A stretch of 64,000 nucleotides of DNA from Veleropilina oligotropha (Eukaryota): NCBI GenBank assembly GCA_048128005.1, contig JBEUKZ010000024.1:1-64000 (forward strand). Direction: 5' to 3'. Position numbers and translations under genes: made by a program. The notes beneath the pieces are model-generated. The model saw only the letters and a program-made list of their open reading frames with translations, ran no database searches and was not told where the DNA came from. Positions within the stretch are counted from its first letter, which is position 1. Every line of letters starts with the position of its first letter. Of this stretch, positions 25,301 through 35,700 are shown in pieces.

Positions 25301-27557
25301 CATGGATTTATCCTTATAGATATAGCAAATATCCACATACTGTCTTAACATTAGCTTCTTGTTATAAGTCTGATTCGGTATGTTTTGGGTCCTGTTTTTA
25401 ATAACATTGAGGGTCATATCAGGATATGACCATATTATAATGGGAGGAACACGCTCGCCCACTAGCCAGCTAGGAAAAACTACAAGTGTTAACCGAACAA
25501 AGGGTGCTCCCACTTCTGTTAGACAGAGCAGTCAAGCAAGCGAATTCAGTCCGTCCTCTTATCCACTTGGCTACTGGTGCGACCCTCTTGTTACATTATT
25601 TAATTAATATTGCATGAAAGTCGAATGACTAAGGGTTTTGGTTCATGCATTTCAAATGAGCTTGAAGATGTGGGTTCAACACAAGGTTGAGCGGAAATTT
25701 GGTTTCATTTCACATGGATTTTTTCAAATCACTTAATAACGCTGTACTTGTATATTTTAGGTGGCAAGCTGGTGGGATGATTCGTTTCCAAATGGAACCC
25801 ATTATAAGGAAGGTGGACAGAAACCGGAGTCCGTATGTCCGTCCGGAAACTGTGGCTGCGTGTTTCCTGACGACTCGAGCGGAAATCCAAATGCACAAAT
25901 CAGGGGTGACGGGAAAGCCACGTTGCGGAACTACTTGTCTTACAGAGATAATGGGGAACTAAGATACACATGGCCGATATGGGCGATCGTACTGGCATTG
26001 CTGAGCTGCATCGGTATCATATTCACCATGATCATATTAATCTACCTGTTTATAGTATATCCAGTACGCGAAGGTACAACGATACTCGGCTTTATGATTC
26101 TCATTGGCATTCTAGGAATTTATGCGGTCAACTTTGCATTTTTCCTGCCGGCTTCCGAAATCACGTGCGCGGCACGAAGGTTCGTTCTTGGCATGGTCTA
26201 CGCCATTTGCATAGCAGCGATGTTGGTGAAAGCAATCGACAACTGGCGGAAGAAAGACGCGCAGTACGAAAAGACCAAGTTCTACAAAGGCCTGACCAGC
26301 TCTTGCGGGTTGCTGATGGCAACGCTTGGTATAATCCTCGTTCAAGTCATAATCCCCACAATCTGGCTCATCATGGTCCCACCGACTTGGACTGATAAAT
26401 CGGACCTGCTTCTTCAGCACGACCACAAATGGTGCGATCCGTCGGATCTCATCGGCGATCGCGTGATTTACGATGTCGGGCTCGTGCTATCCATGCTGTT
26501 CATAATCTTCCTAGTTCTGCTTACGATCATCTTCGCAGCCATGGGCTGGGACAGTGAATCAAATTCGCACGAATCGCGCTGGATTCTGGTCGGTGCCATG
26601 TGCACGGCGGGCTGTTTCCTCATCTGGATGATCGTATCCACCAGCGGAGATCCACCGTACAGAGACGTCGCCGTGGCGATCGGCAACTTCGTCAACGCAA
26701 CAGCGCTGTTTATATGCATCCCGCTGAGAAAAATGCTCATGCTTATATCGTACATGATGGAAGCTAGTAGGGAGAAAAAGCAAAACAGAGGTAATATATG
26801 TGGGTGTCCTGTCTATAAAATGCATTAATTGGTCTATATGGCAAAGAATTCATATTTCACACTTTCTAACAAAGGACATCTTTATGCACTATTATTGTAT
26901 AAACATAAATACAGTACGTTTTATGCTAATAGAATATTAAGATATTTACAGGTTTTGTCTATCTTTTTTAATGACTAAATTTGAAATATTGTCAAACAAC
27001 ATGCTATGTTAATTTTATAATATTCGTAGAGGATTGAGCCTAGGTTCAGGTTCAGTATGCCGTAATTAGTCGTCGAAAGAGCCATGGGCATTTCACTTGA
27101 TGGCCTTTCATCTAGCATTCTCCAACCCATTTCTCCTGATGTTGTCGACCCAATCAAACCATCTCCTTTCTCTCATTTTTCCTCACCACTCAACATTGCA
27201 TCCATACAGAGTGATGCTCCAGACCAAAGCCTTTGCTAGATTTACCTTAGATGATCATCGTGTGCAAAATATGTGACTTACTCATTTTATTGATAAATTT
27301 TACATCTAAAAATATTTGTTTTCCATTAAGCACGTCGCCATGAATTCTCTTTGAGACGATATATTCTGCCATGAAATTGTCTTAAAAGGCCAGAAAGTTC
27401 TCAATGTTTGTTTACTGGTGATCTATCATGCCACCATGAATTTATCACGGGTCTCATTTGTGCACTTTTATTTTCACTTATAGCAAATGAGAACCAATAC
27501 GACGACCCAGCAACATTTCACAACGAAGCGTTCCGGAATGATCCGGACTTCGATTGA
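7138..27557 (+). CDS. Class C (metabotropic glutamate receptor-like) GPCR with five tandem Venus-flytrap domains and one 7TM domain; about 2708 aa
   Basis: Manual GT-AG splicing keeps frame: join(7138-7330,7966-8043,9020-9142,10336-10505,11358-12122,12573-13955,14412-15776,17975-18128,18661-19961,23382-24872,25761-26790,27484-27557). Signal peptide MRLWVFSLLLLVWSRALG, five ANF-receptor-like repeats, class C 7TM. Confidence 0.88.
7525..7896. mobile_element. MITE in intron 1
   Basis: TIR CAGGCGCGGATCCAGG / CCTGGATCCGCGCCTG flanked by direct repeat GAGAC. Confidence 0.7.
7966..8043 (+). CDS. GPCR-1 exon 2 (VFT1)
   Basis: MVQVFEAAKWALNEVNS matches the class C EA..A...IN motif; AG/GT boundaries. 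Confidence 0.85.
   Translation, partial: TWSRSSKQLNGRLMKSIRSGFRIDV
9020..9142 (+). CDS. GPCR-1 exon 3 (VFT1)
   Basis: GMKAYDTCSS motif; AG/GT boundaries in phase. Confidence 0.85.
10336..10505 (+). CDS. GPCR-1 exon 4 (VFT1)
   Basis: GILGPYGS...ILSPGASTPELDD...FFIRTIQSD. Confidence 0.88.
11358..12122 (+). CDS. GPCR-1 exon 5 (VFT1 lobe 2)
   Basis: WNRVVVFYSDDLYG, NPWYVEWY, FDSNGN motifs. Confidence 0.9.
12573..13955 (+). CDS. GPCR-1 exon 6 (VFT2)
   Basis: GDILIGG, LPGVDLG, YPYFTRTVPDD, GSELW; phase 0-0 exon. Confidence 0.9.
14412..15776 (+). CDS. GPCR-1 exon 7 (VFT3)
   Basis: PGDVMIGG, FPTFFRTLPGD, DEYG; phase 0-0 exon. Confidence 0.9.
16490..17905 (-). mobile_element. Helentron/HINE-like element with an internal duplicated tRNA-derived segment
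   Basis: Terminal motifs GATTGCAAACCCTCG and GATTGCAATACCCTC...GCAAGGGTAAAAA, (CATA)n tract; two diverged copies (near 16670 and 16950) of a reverse tRNA-like head; boundaries approximate. Confidence 0.4.
17975..18128 (+). CDS. GPCR-1 exon 8 (VFT3/VFT4 linker), absent from the ORF track
   Basis: Translates VASYKDATLTF...STCFLPCIRC...YIPGDILLGG; donor G|GTAAGT. Confidence 0.88.
18661..19961 (+). CDS. GPCR-1 exon 9 (VFT4)
   Basis: GLFDAH, DTC, IGSYSSDRS, IPQISYGSTS, YPYFLRTVPSD, NPWFPEYY. Confidence 0.92.
20491..23287 (+). mobile_element. Helentron-associated (HINE-like) composite element with internal duplication
   Basis: 5' TTATCCCCCGCGG followed by (TCCG)n at 20491 and again at about 21992; 3' subterminal inverted copy GCGGGGGATA plus short palindrome before ACTTGTTTT. 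Confidence 0.55.
21013..21716 (+). repeat. Tandem array of four 174-183 bp mini-HINE units
   Basis: GTCTCGCCCCGAAGGG at 21018, 21192, 21375, 21549; each unit closes with inverted GGGCGAGAYA and has a variable GGC/GTC microsatellite. Confidence 0.9.
23382..24872 (+). CDS. GPCR-1 exon 10 (VFT5)
   Basis: IGVY...CDRTGACSEC linker, IAGIFHIH, QISPS, YPYFMRTVPP; phase 0-0 exon. Confidence 0.9.
25761..26790 (+). CDS. GPCR-1 exon 11 (short Cys linker and class C 7TM)
   Basis: Seven hydrophobic segments, C..RRF..G..YAIC..AMLVK, ESRWI motif. Confidence 0.92.
27484..27557 (+). CDS. GPCR-1 last coding exon (C-terminal tail)
   Basis: Phase-1 acceptor TAG|CA; ANENQYDDPATFHNEAFRNDPDFD*; donor GTAAGT 27 nt after the stop. 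Confidence 0.65.
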
Positions 27558-29850
27558 TTAAACTAAAGAATTATATATTTAATGGTAAGTTTATACTTAA
27601 GATTGTAAGCTATGAAATTATTAATTGGTTCTTTTCTGATTAACATCAATTTATACGTCACAATTATATTCAGTACGATGATGTCAGCTAATTTTGCGCA
27701 CCTAACGATTCGTTGGCATGGCACCGGAAACCAGTTGTTCAACTAAGTCATAGCATATCATATTTGTTAACTTTTTTCACCTTTCTTTCTGATCATGTAT
27801 GATTTTTACATAATAAATTTTAATAATGTATTTTAAAATCCGGATTCACTGGATAACCCCGTATTTGCAGGCAGTCATTTTGTCGGCTAATTCTGCACAT
27901 GTGCATCATTTCCATCCGGTGGCCGTTTCCCTTCATGCAAATGGGATAAATGAAAGATGCATCCTCAAACCGGTGGACTTGTTGACAAGTGAATGAAATA
28001 TAGCCTGTTTCTGACAACTACTTATGAATTTATGGTATTTATAAAAAACATCGCAAATTTCCTTAAGAAATAACAACAAAATTAAACAATACTGAAGGCA
28101 CATAATGTGTTTACAGTAGTGACGTCTGCCTGTGCAGAATTAGCCGAATGGACGGTATAGTAATAATAATTCATGCTTCTGTAAAATTGTCTCCATCTGT
28201 TATCCTAGGAAGTAAGGATGAAATGGAATTTGACCATATTTTTAGGTGGGCACCACACCCAGAAGTGATTCTGACCATCTGTTCTAAATCAAAATCGGTG
28301 CGCACCTTAGGTTGCTGTTACATAGAAGTTCACTTTTCACTGGTCATCTGTCATTTTTCATGCTTCATTCGTGACAGTGGATTTCAATGAACCGTCTACA
28401 TAGGTGTTCATTTTCTAATTTCCACTTGGCTGTCTAATGTCACATCATTTCATGCGTGAGTCTAGCATGAACCGATGAATGAACATGTTCATTATTTATG
28501 ACGTGAAAAGACAAGAGATACTTGATTTGTATAATAAAACTTGTAAGTACAGTATGCCATTCCATGGCACGTCCCAGAGATTTTAGATTTTCGGTAAATT
28601 ACTATAAATTTTTCCAATTGAAATGAACGATTCAAGTCACTTCAAGATATTTATACAATATTTTTAGTTTTAAAGTTAGTACAAGCTTCTCTTTCCCAGA
28701 AATCTGTTTCTGCCATTTGCACCTAATTTGTTTCAAGAGGATACAGTGCTAATATCTTCAATTTGGTGAAACTGTGATACGACATTCGCTTGTACATTTA
28801 AAATCTCTTCATCAGGTTGATCAAGTAGAGAATGATAGGTTATGTGGAGTCCATTTGTATGGCGGGTAAATGAACGAGGTTAACGTGAACACTATCTAAC
28901 CACCAATTGGTGACTCGTGCCACATGACAGGTGAAGGGTTCATTCCTATGTAACAGCCGCCGTACACAACTGTGTCATGTATTTTCACTCATAAATCATG
29001 TGCATGTTTTACACCAGTTAAACGATTATTAAGTCACATGCAGTCAGGACTCTGCTTTAATGTCAAGCCAAATCAGTAAAAGCGAAAATGGACCCACCCA
29101 CCTTGCTATTTGTGTGGACTAAGTTTACTTGTAATATACCATAAATTGCATCGCAATTAATCTTTAACACATTCTTCCAATTTTCTTTCAGATTCCTAAT
29201 GAAATCCATTGTTCCAATTTCTGGGTATTGCCTGATTGATGAAGTGTATTATGTTGAGAATTTATGCGTATAAATGACAAGAATCTCCTGTTTTCATACT
29301 AAGTATCGGGCATTCCTCAGAGTTTAAATGGAGAAGCAAACCAGAAGACATTTCTAAGGTGACATGAAGATTCTTGTATAATTTTTAATTTAGTCTCTAA
29401 TAATTTTCGGCTTATATTATTGTTTTCATGAAATACAAAGATACAAATTTAACTGTATATTCCATTGAAATTCTTTTGTTCAAAGGATATTATTGGTAAC
29501 ATTTCTCTGGATTTTGGTCAAGTTTACAAATCAGTCAAGTCGGGGATTATGCTTTCTATTAAAAGACATTACAGGGGGAAACTTGTAATATAACATAAGA
29601 AATTGTTATAATGATGTTATGTTTATAGAGAGTTTTATATCTTGTAAATATTCAATCAATCCACGATATATTTCGCAGATTTTTATTTTGTATTGTGAAT
29701 ATAGCATAATAATACAAGACAGTAACATTTTAGAATGAAATAGTTTTGTAACTAAATTTATTTATCTATATTCATATTTTATATAACATTTATTAAATTT
29801 GCCAATCATTATTGCTATGTTGTCTGTGAAAAATCATGTATTTTTGTATA

Positions 29851-29856
29851 AATAAA
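29851..29856 (+). terminator. Candidate polyadenylation signal of GPCR-1
   Basis: AATAAA at the end of an AU-rich segment following the acceptor at 29191. Confidence 0.35.
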
Positions 29857-29905
29857 CTGTTTATAGAAAATTTAGTTTCTTTAAGGTTCAAAAGGTAAGC
29901 TGACA

Positions 29906-30096
29906 GGGCCGTAGCTTAGTGGGTATGACACTGGACCACGATGCTAGGTATCTGCATTCGGTTCCCGGGAGTGCCGAGAATTTGCATTGCACACAGTACC
30001 CGTCTGTTGAATGAGACGTTAAGCCGGTGACCCCGACTACAGATAAGACTGACATAATGCTAAAATGTGGTCATAAACCAAATTGATTCAAATCAA
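29906..30096 (+). mobile_element. tRNA-derived SINE fragment
   Basis: GGGCCGTAGCTTAGTGG A-box-like head, degenerate B box, CAAATCAAA tail. Confidence 0.5.
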
Positions 30097-30234
30097 AAGT
30101 TATGATGCCTTGATGACAACGATATAATATATAACAATGGAGATTTATAGTGTGCTTCTCATGCACAGTGTATGATAAAGCAATACATTATTATTCTAGG
30201 GTTACTATAAAGCATGTTCTTATCCCTGTCCCCT

Positions 30235-30499
30235 GGGCCGCTTCGGTAGCGCAGTGGGTAGAGTGTCCACTCTAAATTCACTGGCTTGTTTCCGCTGACG
30301 CGAACAGTAGTGGGATCGACCCCCGGCTGAGGCAGCACACATTTGTTCAAGTTATGAAGCACAGTTGTCCGTGACTGGCCGAAGAGGGCGGGTTTACCCG
30401 GCGACCGGGGTTTCCTCCCACGATAACACGGACATGTCCTGCCTTGAACCTCGATGTTATAAATATACAGGACATTAAGCATCATTCCTCCTCCTCCTC
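30235..30499 (+). mobile_element. tRNA-derived SINE
   Basis: GGTAGCGCAGTGG A box, GGATCGACCCC B-box-like motif, core GGTTTACCCGG...GGTTTCCTCCCA, (TCC)n tail; related cores near 8650-8950, 9550-9770 and 59800-60025. Confidence 0.6.
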
Positions 30500-32639
30500 T
30501 TATCCCTGTTCTCTGAGAGTACAGCACACAACTAACTGCCTGTTAGCTGCGATACAGCTTGTCATACTGACAATTTCTGCAACTGCCAACCAGGTACCCA
30601 CTTGGATCTCAGATTTGCTTATTCCTTGTCCATGGAAAGTCACAGGGATCCGGGATTGAACCCTAAACCACTTCATCCATAGCTGGGGGTAGAGCTTAGC
30701 TCTCTATCCACTCTCACATTTCATATTTTTCGACCAAGTTTAGCAATTTTTCAGAAACATTGTAGTCAAAATCTCTGTTTATAATATCTCCATTCAAAGA
30801 TTTGGTGTTAGATTTTTAGGCCATCTTTTCTATTCGTTTAAAGCATTACGACAGGATATGCTGGTCAAGATCAAATATTAAATTCAGGTCCCAGCAAATC
30901 ACTTACTATTTCTTCGATGATCGGAATCGATTACTGGCTATTGGATAGATGGAGTGGATGGTTGCAGTTGCAGATAATTCAGATTTGTCAGTCATCATTG
31001 TCCATACCACGTTTCACAAAATATTCCACGCCCGCGTTCTTCATATACTTACCACAAGCTTTAATATGCTTGGATTACATCAATGCTTGATGCCCTGTAT
31101 ATTTTCAACCTTCAGGTTAAAACCAGTACATGTTAATATTATCGCAAAAGGAAAGCCCGTTCATCCAGGGAATTTACTGCCTTAAGTCTACAGCTAATTA
31201 CAGACAACTGTGATTGGTAATTGAATAAAGACTGCCCTTGCTGCAAACAAGATTCCAAAGCACCCCTGTGAGTCAGACAAGTCGAGGCAGTGACTTCAAT
31301 GTCAGCACCGAAATGGCCAGCCTGATTTATGGATGTGGACTCATTTGAGTCCATTGTTTCCAGTAATGGGATTAACTCTGTCCACTATTCACAACATGAA
31401 CTAACATCCTGACGAGTCCATATTAGAGAATGATATAACACTATTCCAATCCATGTATTTTAAAGGGTTACAGAATGGGATTTAATAACTTTATCAGACC
31501 TTAAAAGTGATGCATTGTGCTCACTCGATTCTCAGCCTTGGTGAATATAATTTGTATAAAAACACATTTCTAATGTTATCCACTTTAAAACAGACACATA
31601 TTTTTATAAGATTACTTTGTCTTTCAATGTTCAAATATCACTACCGGAAAGCATATGAATAACGTTATGTATGGACATAAGAAAAGCTGAAGAAATATGT
31701 ATATATGTCCTGAATTTCAAAGGATTACCACAAAACAGCCGATAATCTACATTCACAGACAAAAGGGACCAGACCCATTACGATTTGAAGAAGATATACA
31801 ATGTGCATGTTAACATATTGACATTGATGAATCGATGGTGACGTGGTTTTTTCCCACAAAACTCTACGAGACATCATTTACACCAATCAAATCAACACAT
31901 ATTTATTGAAAACATTTAATTTGTTTACATATTGTAATGTGGCACAACAGTCATTTATTGCATGTAAATTATGTAGCAGCTAGCGCATCAGGGCTACAAT
32001 TCATTTGCACTGTACTATTGGATTAAAACCGAAATAACACACCGAACGTTACCTATCAATGCACATTCGGAAGCTCATTATAAACAATAAAATACCGCAA
32101 CAATTCATGATCATAGAGTAAACATGCTTAAAAGCAAATAAAATAGTTATGTACATATAAAATACTAAAAGAATAATTAAATATGATTAAAATATATTAA
32201 ATATGAATTAAATGCATTAATTATGATTAAAATGTATTAAATATGATGAAAATTCAATCACTTGGAGAACATACTTCTAAAATTGGATACATGATACGTA
32301 TATGTACAATAGTTGGTATTAAAAGTAAATAAGACTTAACAAAATAACAATGTTAAGTATATAAATATAAAGTTTCTTGTAAACGATTGTATTGATGTAT
32401 ATATAATGTCCAATTTAACACCTTCAACTAACTCTCCAAACCTAATTGTGTGAAGTACCGGTACCACAAATATGAGAGAATTTGAAGCAACACTTAAACT
32501 TACTCGGATGGACGACCATATATCGTTTACGAAGGACGTTATACATTTGGAGAAATCATTTCTTGATGGTCTTCATTGGTCCTACAATGTATTGATTACT
32601 TCGGAGTTAAGACTAAATGAACAAGTATCAGATCATACC

Positions 32640-32713
32640 TCAGATGTACGATTCGCCGATATATTCTGGCACTTGCTGGCTGCTCTGGTTTTTCTTGTTC
32701 ACAGTCACAGGAT
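32640..32713 (-). CDS. GPCR-2 last coding exon
   Basis: Acceptor TTTTCAG|AT in phase 1; YPVTVNKKNQSSQQVPEYIGESYI*. Confidence 0.6.
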
Positions 32714-35700
32714 CTGAAAAGTAATCCTCATATAATGGTTCTTGAAATTTGAGAAACTGAACATCAATATTTCTGCCATGATGGAAAACAATACCAAACA
32801 ATGTGCTGACTGTAGTTTCTCTTTCAGACTATGTGCACTATATGTTCCATTATGTATTTTAATTTTCCTTCATATTGCAGATAGAGTCAATACACCAAAT
32901 ACTCGACTAATTTTGATCAACTGTAGACAAAACGACGACACAACATTAAATAAATCTTCATTTACTCTTGGGTTGTAATTCGAAACAGCACGTTGTTTTC
33001 GACATCTAATGACCTGTCCTAGCTGCCTTGGTCACATGGTGGAGATCGAAAACCCAAAGCACTATATGAACGGTCGAAACGTCAAGCTGTTTCGATGTAC
33101 ATGTATATTCCAAAAGTCAGTGAAGACGTGTACAATACATTACAGGGTTAGATACAGGGATTCACAGCATCCAAAAAAGGACAAATTATTGTTTAAATCA
33201 AGTGATAATGTTTTTGGAAAATATCAAATACTTTAATCATTTATCAAATTTATGTATCTTTTGTAATGTCATAATAAACTAGGAAATCCTTAACACAGCC
33301 AGACGAAGAGGTGTATCCCATCCCACGATGATGAAAATCATTAGGCATCTCTTCAACATAACTAACGCGCATACCAAATTTTCATCAAATCGAATTAAAA
33401 ATTTTCACTGTAGAGCTTGCACAAGAAATCTCTTCAAATACAGGACTTGAATCCGAAAAATGCGTGTCCTCATCATAACTAATGTGCATACACAATTTGA
33501 ATCAAAGCGGATCAGAACTTTTTACTGTAGAGCGCACACAAAAAATCTCTGCGGTGAACTCTGCAGCTGAATGATGGCTAAACATACAATCCCCGACTAT
33601 TGTTCGGGGATACAATTTGTAATAGATTTTATCACATGAATGCGGTGTTATGTTGGCTTTCTAGCCATTACATAACACATGCTATTATACCATGTCATAA
33701 CATTTTTTGACGATTGTGATTGGTCAATAAAACGTCATCACTATCAATGCGCCGCACTATTTTAATTACTACTTTGCGAAAATGGATAAAATTATGGTAA
33801 ACAAATATGAAATCGGGTGTAAAATAATTATAGACGGAAGAGGATCCGCCACTGTTTTGAATGTGATAACAAATGAACAGGGTGTACAAGTTTATACATG
33901 TTTAATTAACGATACCGACATAAAAATAGACTTTCCACAAGATCGTTTGGCTACGAGTTCGAAACCCCCGATTGCAGAGCAGCCGACATAAATTTCAAAC
34001 ATAAACAACAGGTTCGTCTCGGTTACGGACACAGATGTTGAGGACATTGTAATCGCACAAGCAAACATAAATACAAAAAACAAAACATATGATTTACAAC
34101 TACTTGCCCGTTTTCTTTCGCAGCCTCAATTTAATGAACGTAGAAGTATCCAAGATATTCCACCTGCAGATCTTAATAAACTTTTGTGTAAAATTAACAA
34201 ATCACAGCTCTCGTAAATTCATGATTCAGTCTTTAAATGATAGCAATATTCCACCAAATCAAATAATGCAAATATCCGCTCATCGAAACATCCAGTCTGT
34301 AAATAACTAGAGCCATTTAAATCACTAGCAACATCGCCAAATATCAAATATAATGCATTCCAAATCGCTCGCGAGTACTTCCTACAACATTTGTCTCCGG
34401 AATCCAGCATGATGCAACAAGCAGTGTTTCTTGTCGGCAAACATCCGTCGTAAATGTGTACGGTGGCCTCCACACTTTAATATGTGGAAATGTGTCGGGG
34501 GGAAGCATAGAAGTGCACATTCACAGCGATAAAATTCCAGCCACTGGGCATGACACGTACGGTCGCTACGGCGCATTCTCCAGAATGAAGAATTGTTTGT
34601 CTATAAATAATTGTTTACTGTCTGGTTGATATCTGTTTATAACGAACATCCAAATTCCTAAATATTGTTTCCAGTTATTGCTAATAAATATTTTGTTAAT
34701 AGTTATGTTACAAACACGTTATTTATATCAGTGTTTCTGGGCTTTTGCAAGCGGACTATTTTAAAGTGCGCACTACACAACGAAGTGATTTGGTTTCTTC
34801 AACAAAGACTAATAATATGCAAGTATTGCAGTGTAATTGCCATATTTGTGTAGTAATGTGATAAAAAGAACATTAAACTCGATCCCATGTCATATCAAAT
34901 TTATGTCACTCGTGACGAAGTTTTTATTTCACTCGCCAAGGCTCGTGAAATAAAAACTTCATCACTCGTGACATAAATTTGATATGAAATGGGATCTCGT
35001 TTAATATCCTCTATATATTAAATAGTGACATTTGCACTGCAAGTTTAAAATGGGTTAGATGCTTCTGAGAGTGTTTATGGTCCCAGGACCAAGGGACAAA
35101 ACTGAAAATTCCTGGATTTAACCCTGAAATAATACCCACATTTTGATGGTTTAGGTCGTTTTTTCATCTGGCTCTCCGCTAATTGCCGGTTGAGATTCTC
35201 TTGCATGGTGGTCAGGATAAACTCGCGTAACAGACTCTTGTCGGTTCCCAGACTGATTTTTGTGCCGAAGTTGCAGATAAGCATGTTCAGACAATCGCAG
35301 CTGATGGCCAGACAGATTATCGTCGACTGAACATCGGCATTGTCGACGGCGAGATAAATGCCGATCCATACTGCCCATATGACCATGGTGACAATCAGAG
35401 ATATTCGCACGAACGCCAGATCATGCGTGCCGACTTTGGAGTCTCGATAAAAGACGGCGAGGATAAAAGCGTTCATCATCAGGAGAGCGGGGTACGTCAA
35501 GGTTAAAATAATCTGCAATCTGAAAAGAAACAGCATAATATCCATAATCATTAATATCATAAACATATTGTATATGACCAAACTATGTTTAATTTTTCAA
35601 ATTATATCTATGTTATTTACAGTTATAATGAAAGTGTTGATTCTGATTAAAAAATGTTTTGTTACTGCTATACATGTAGAATATCTATCACTCACCTATG

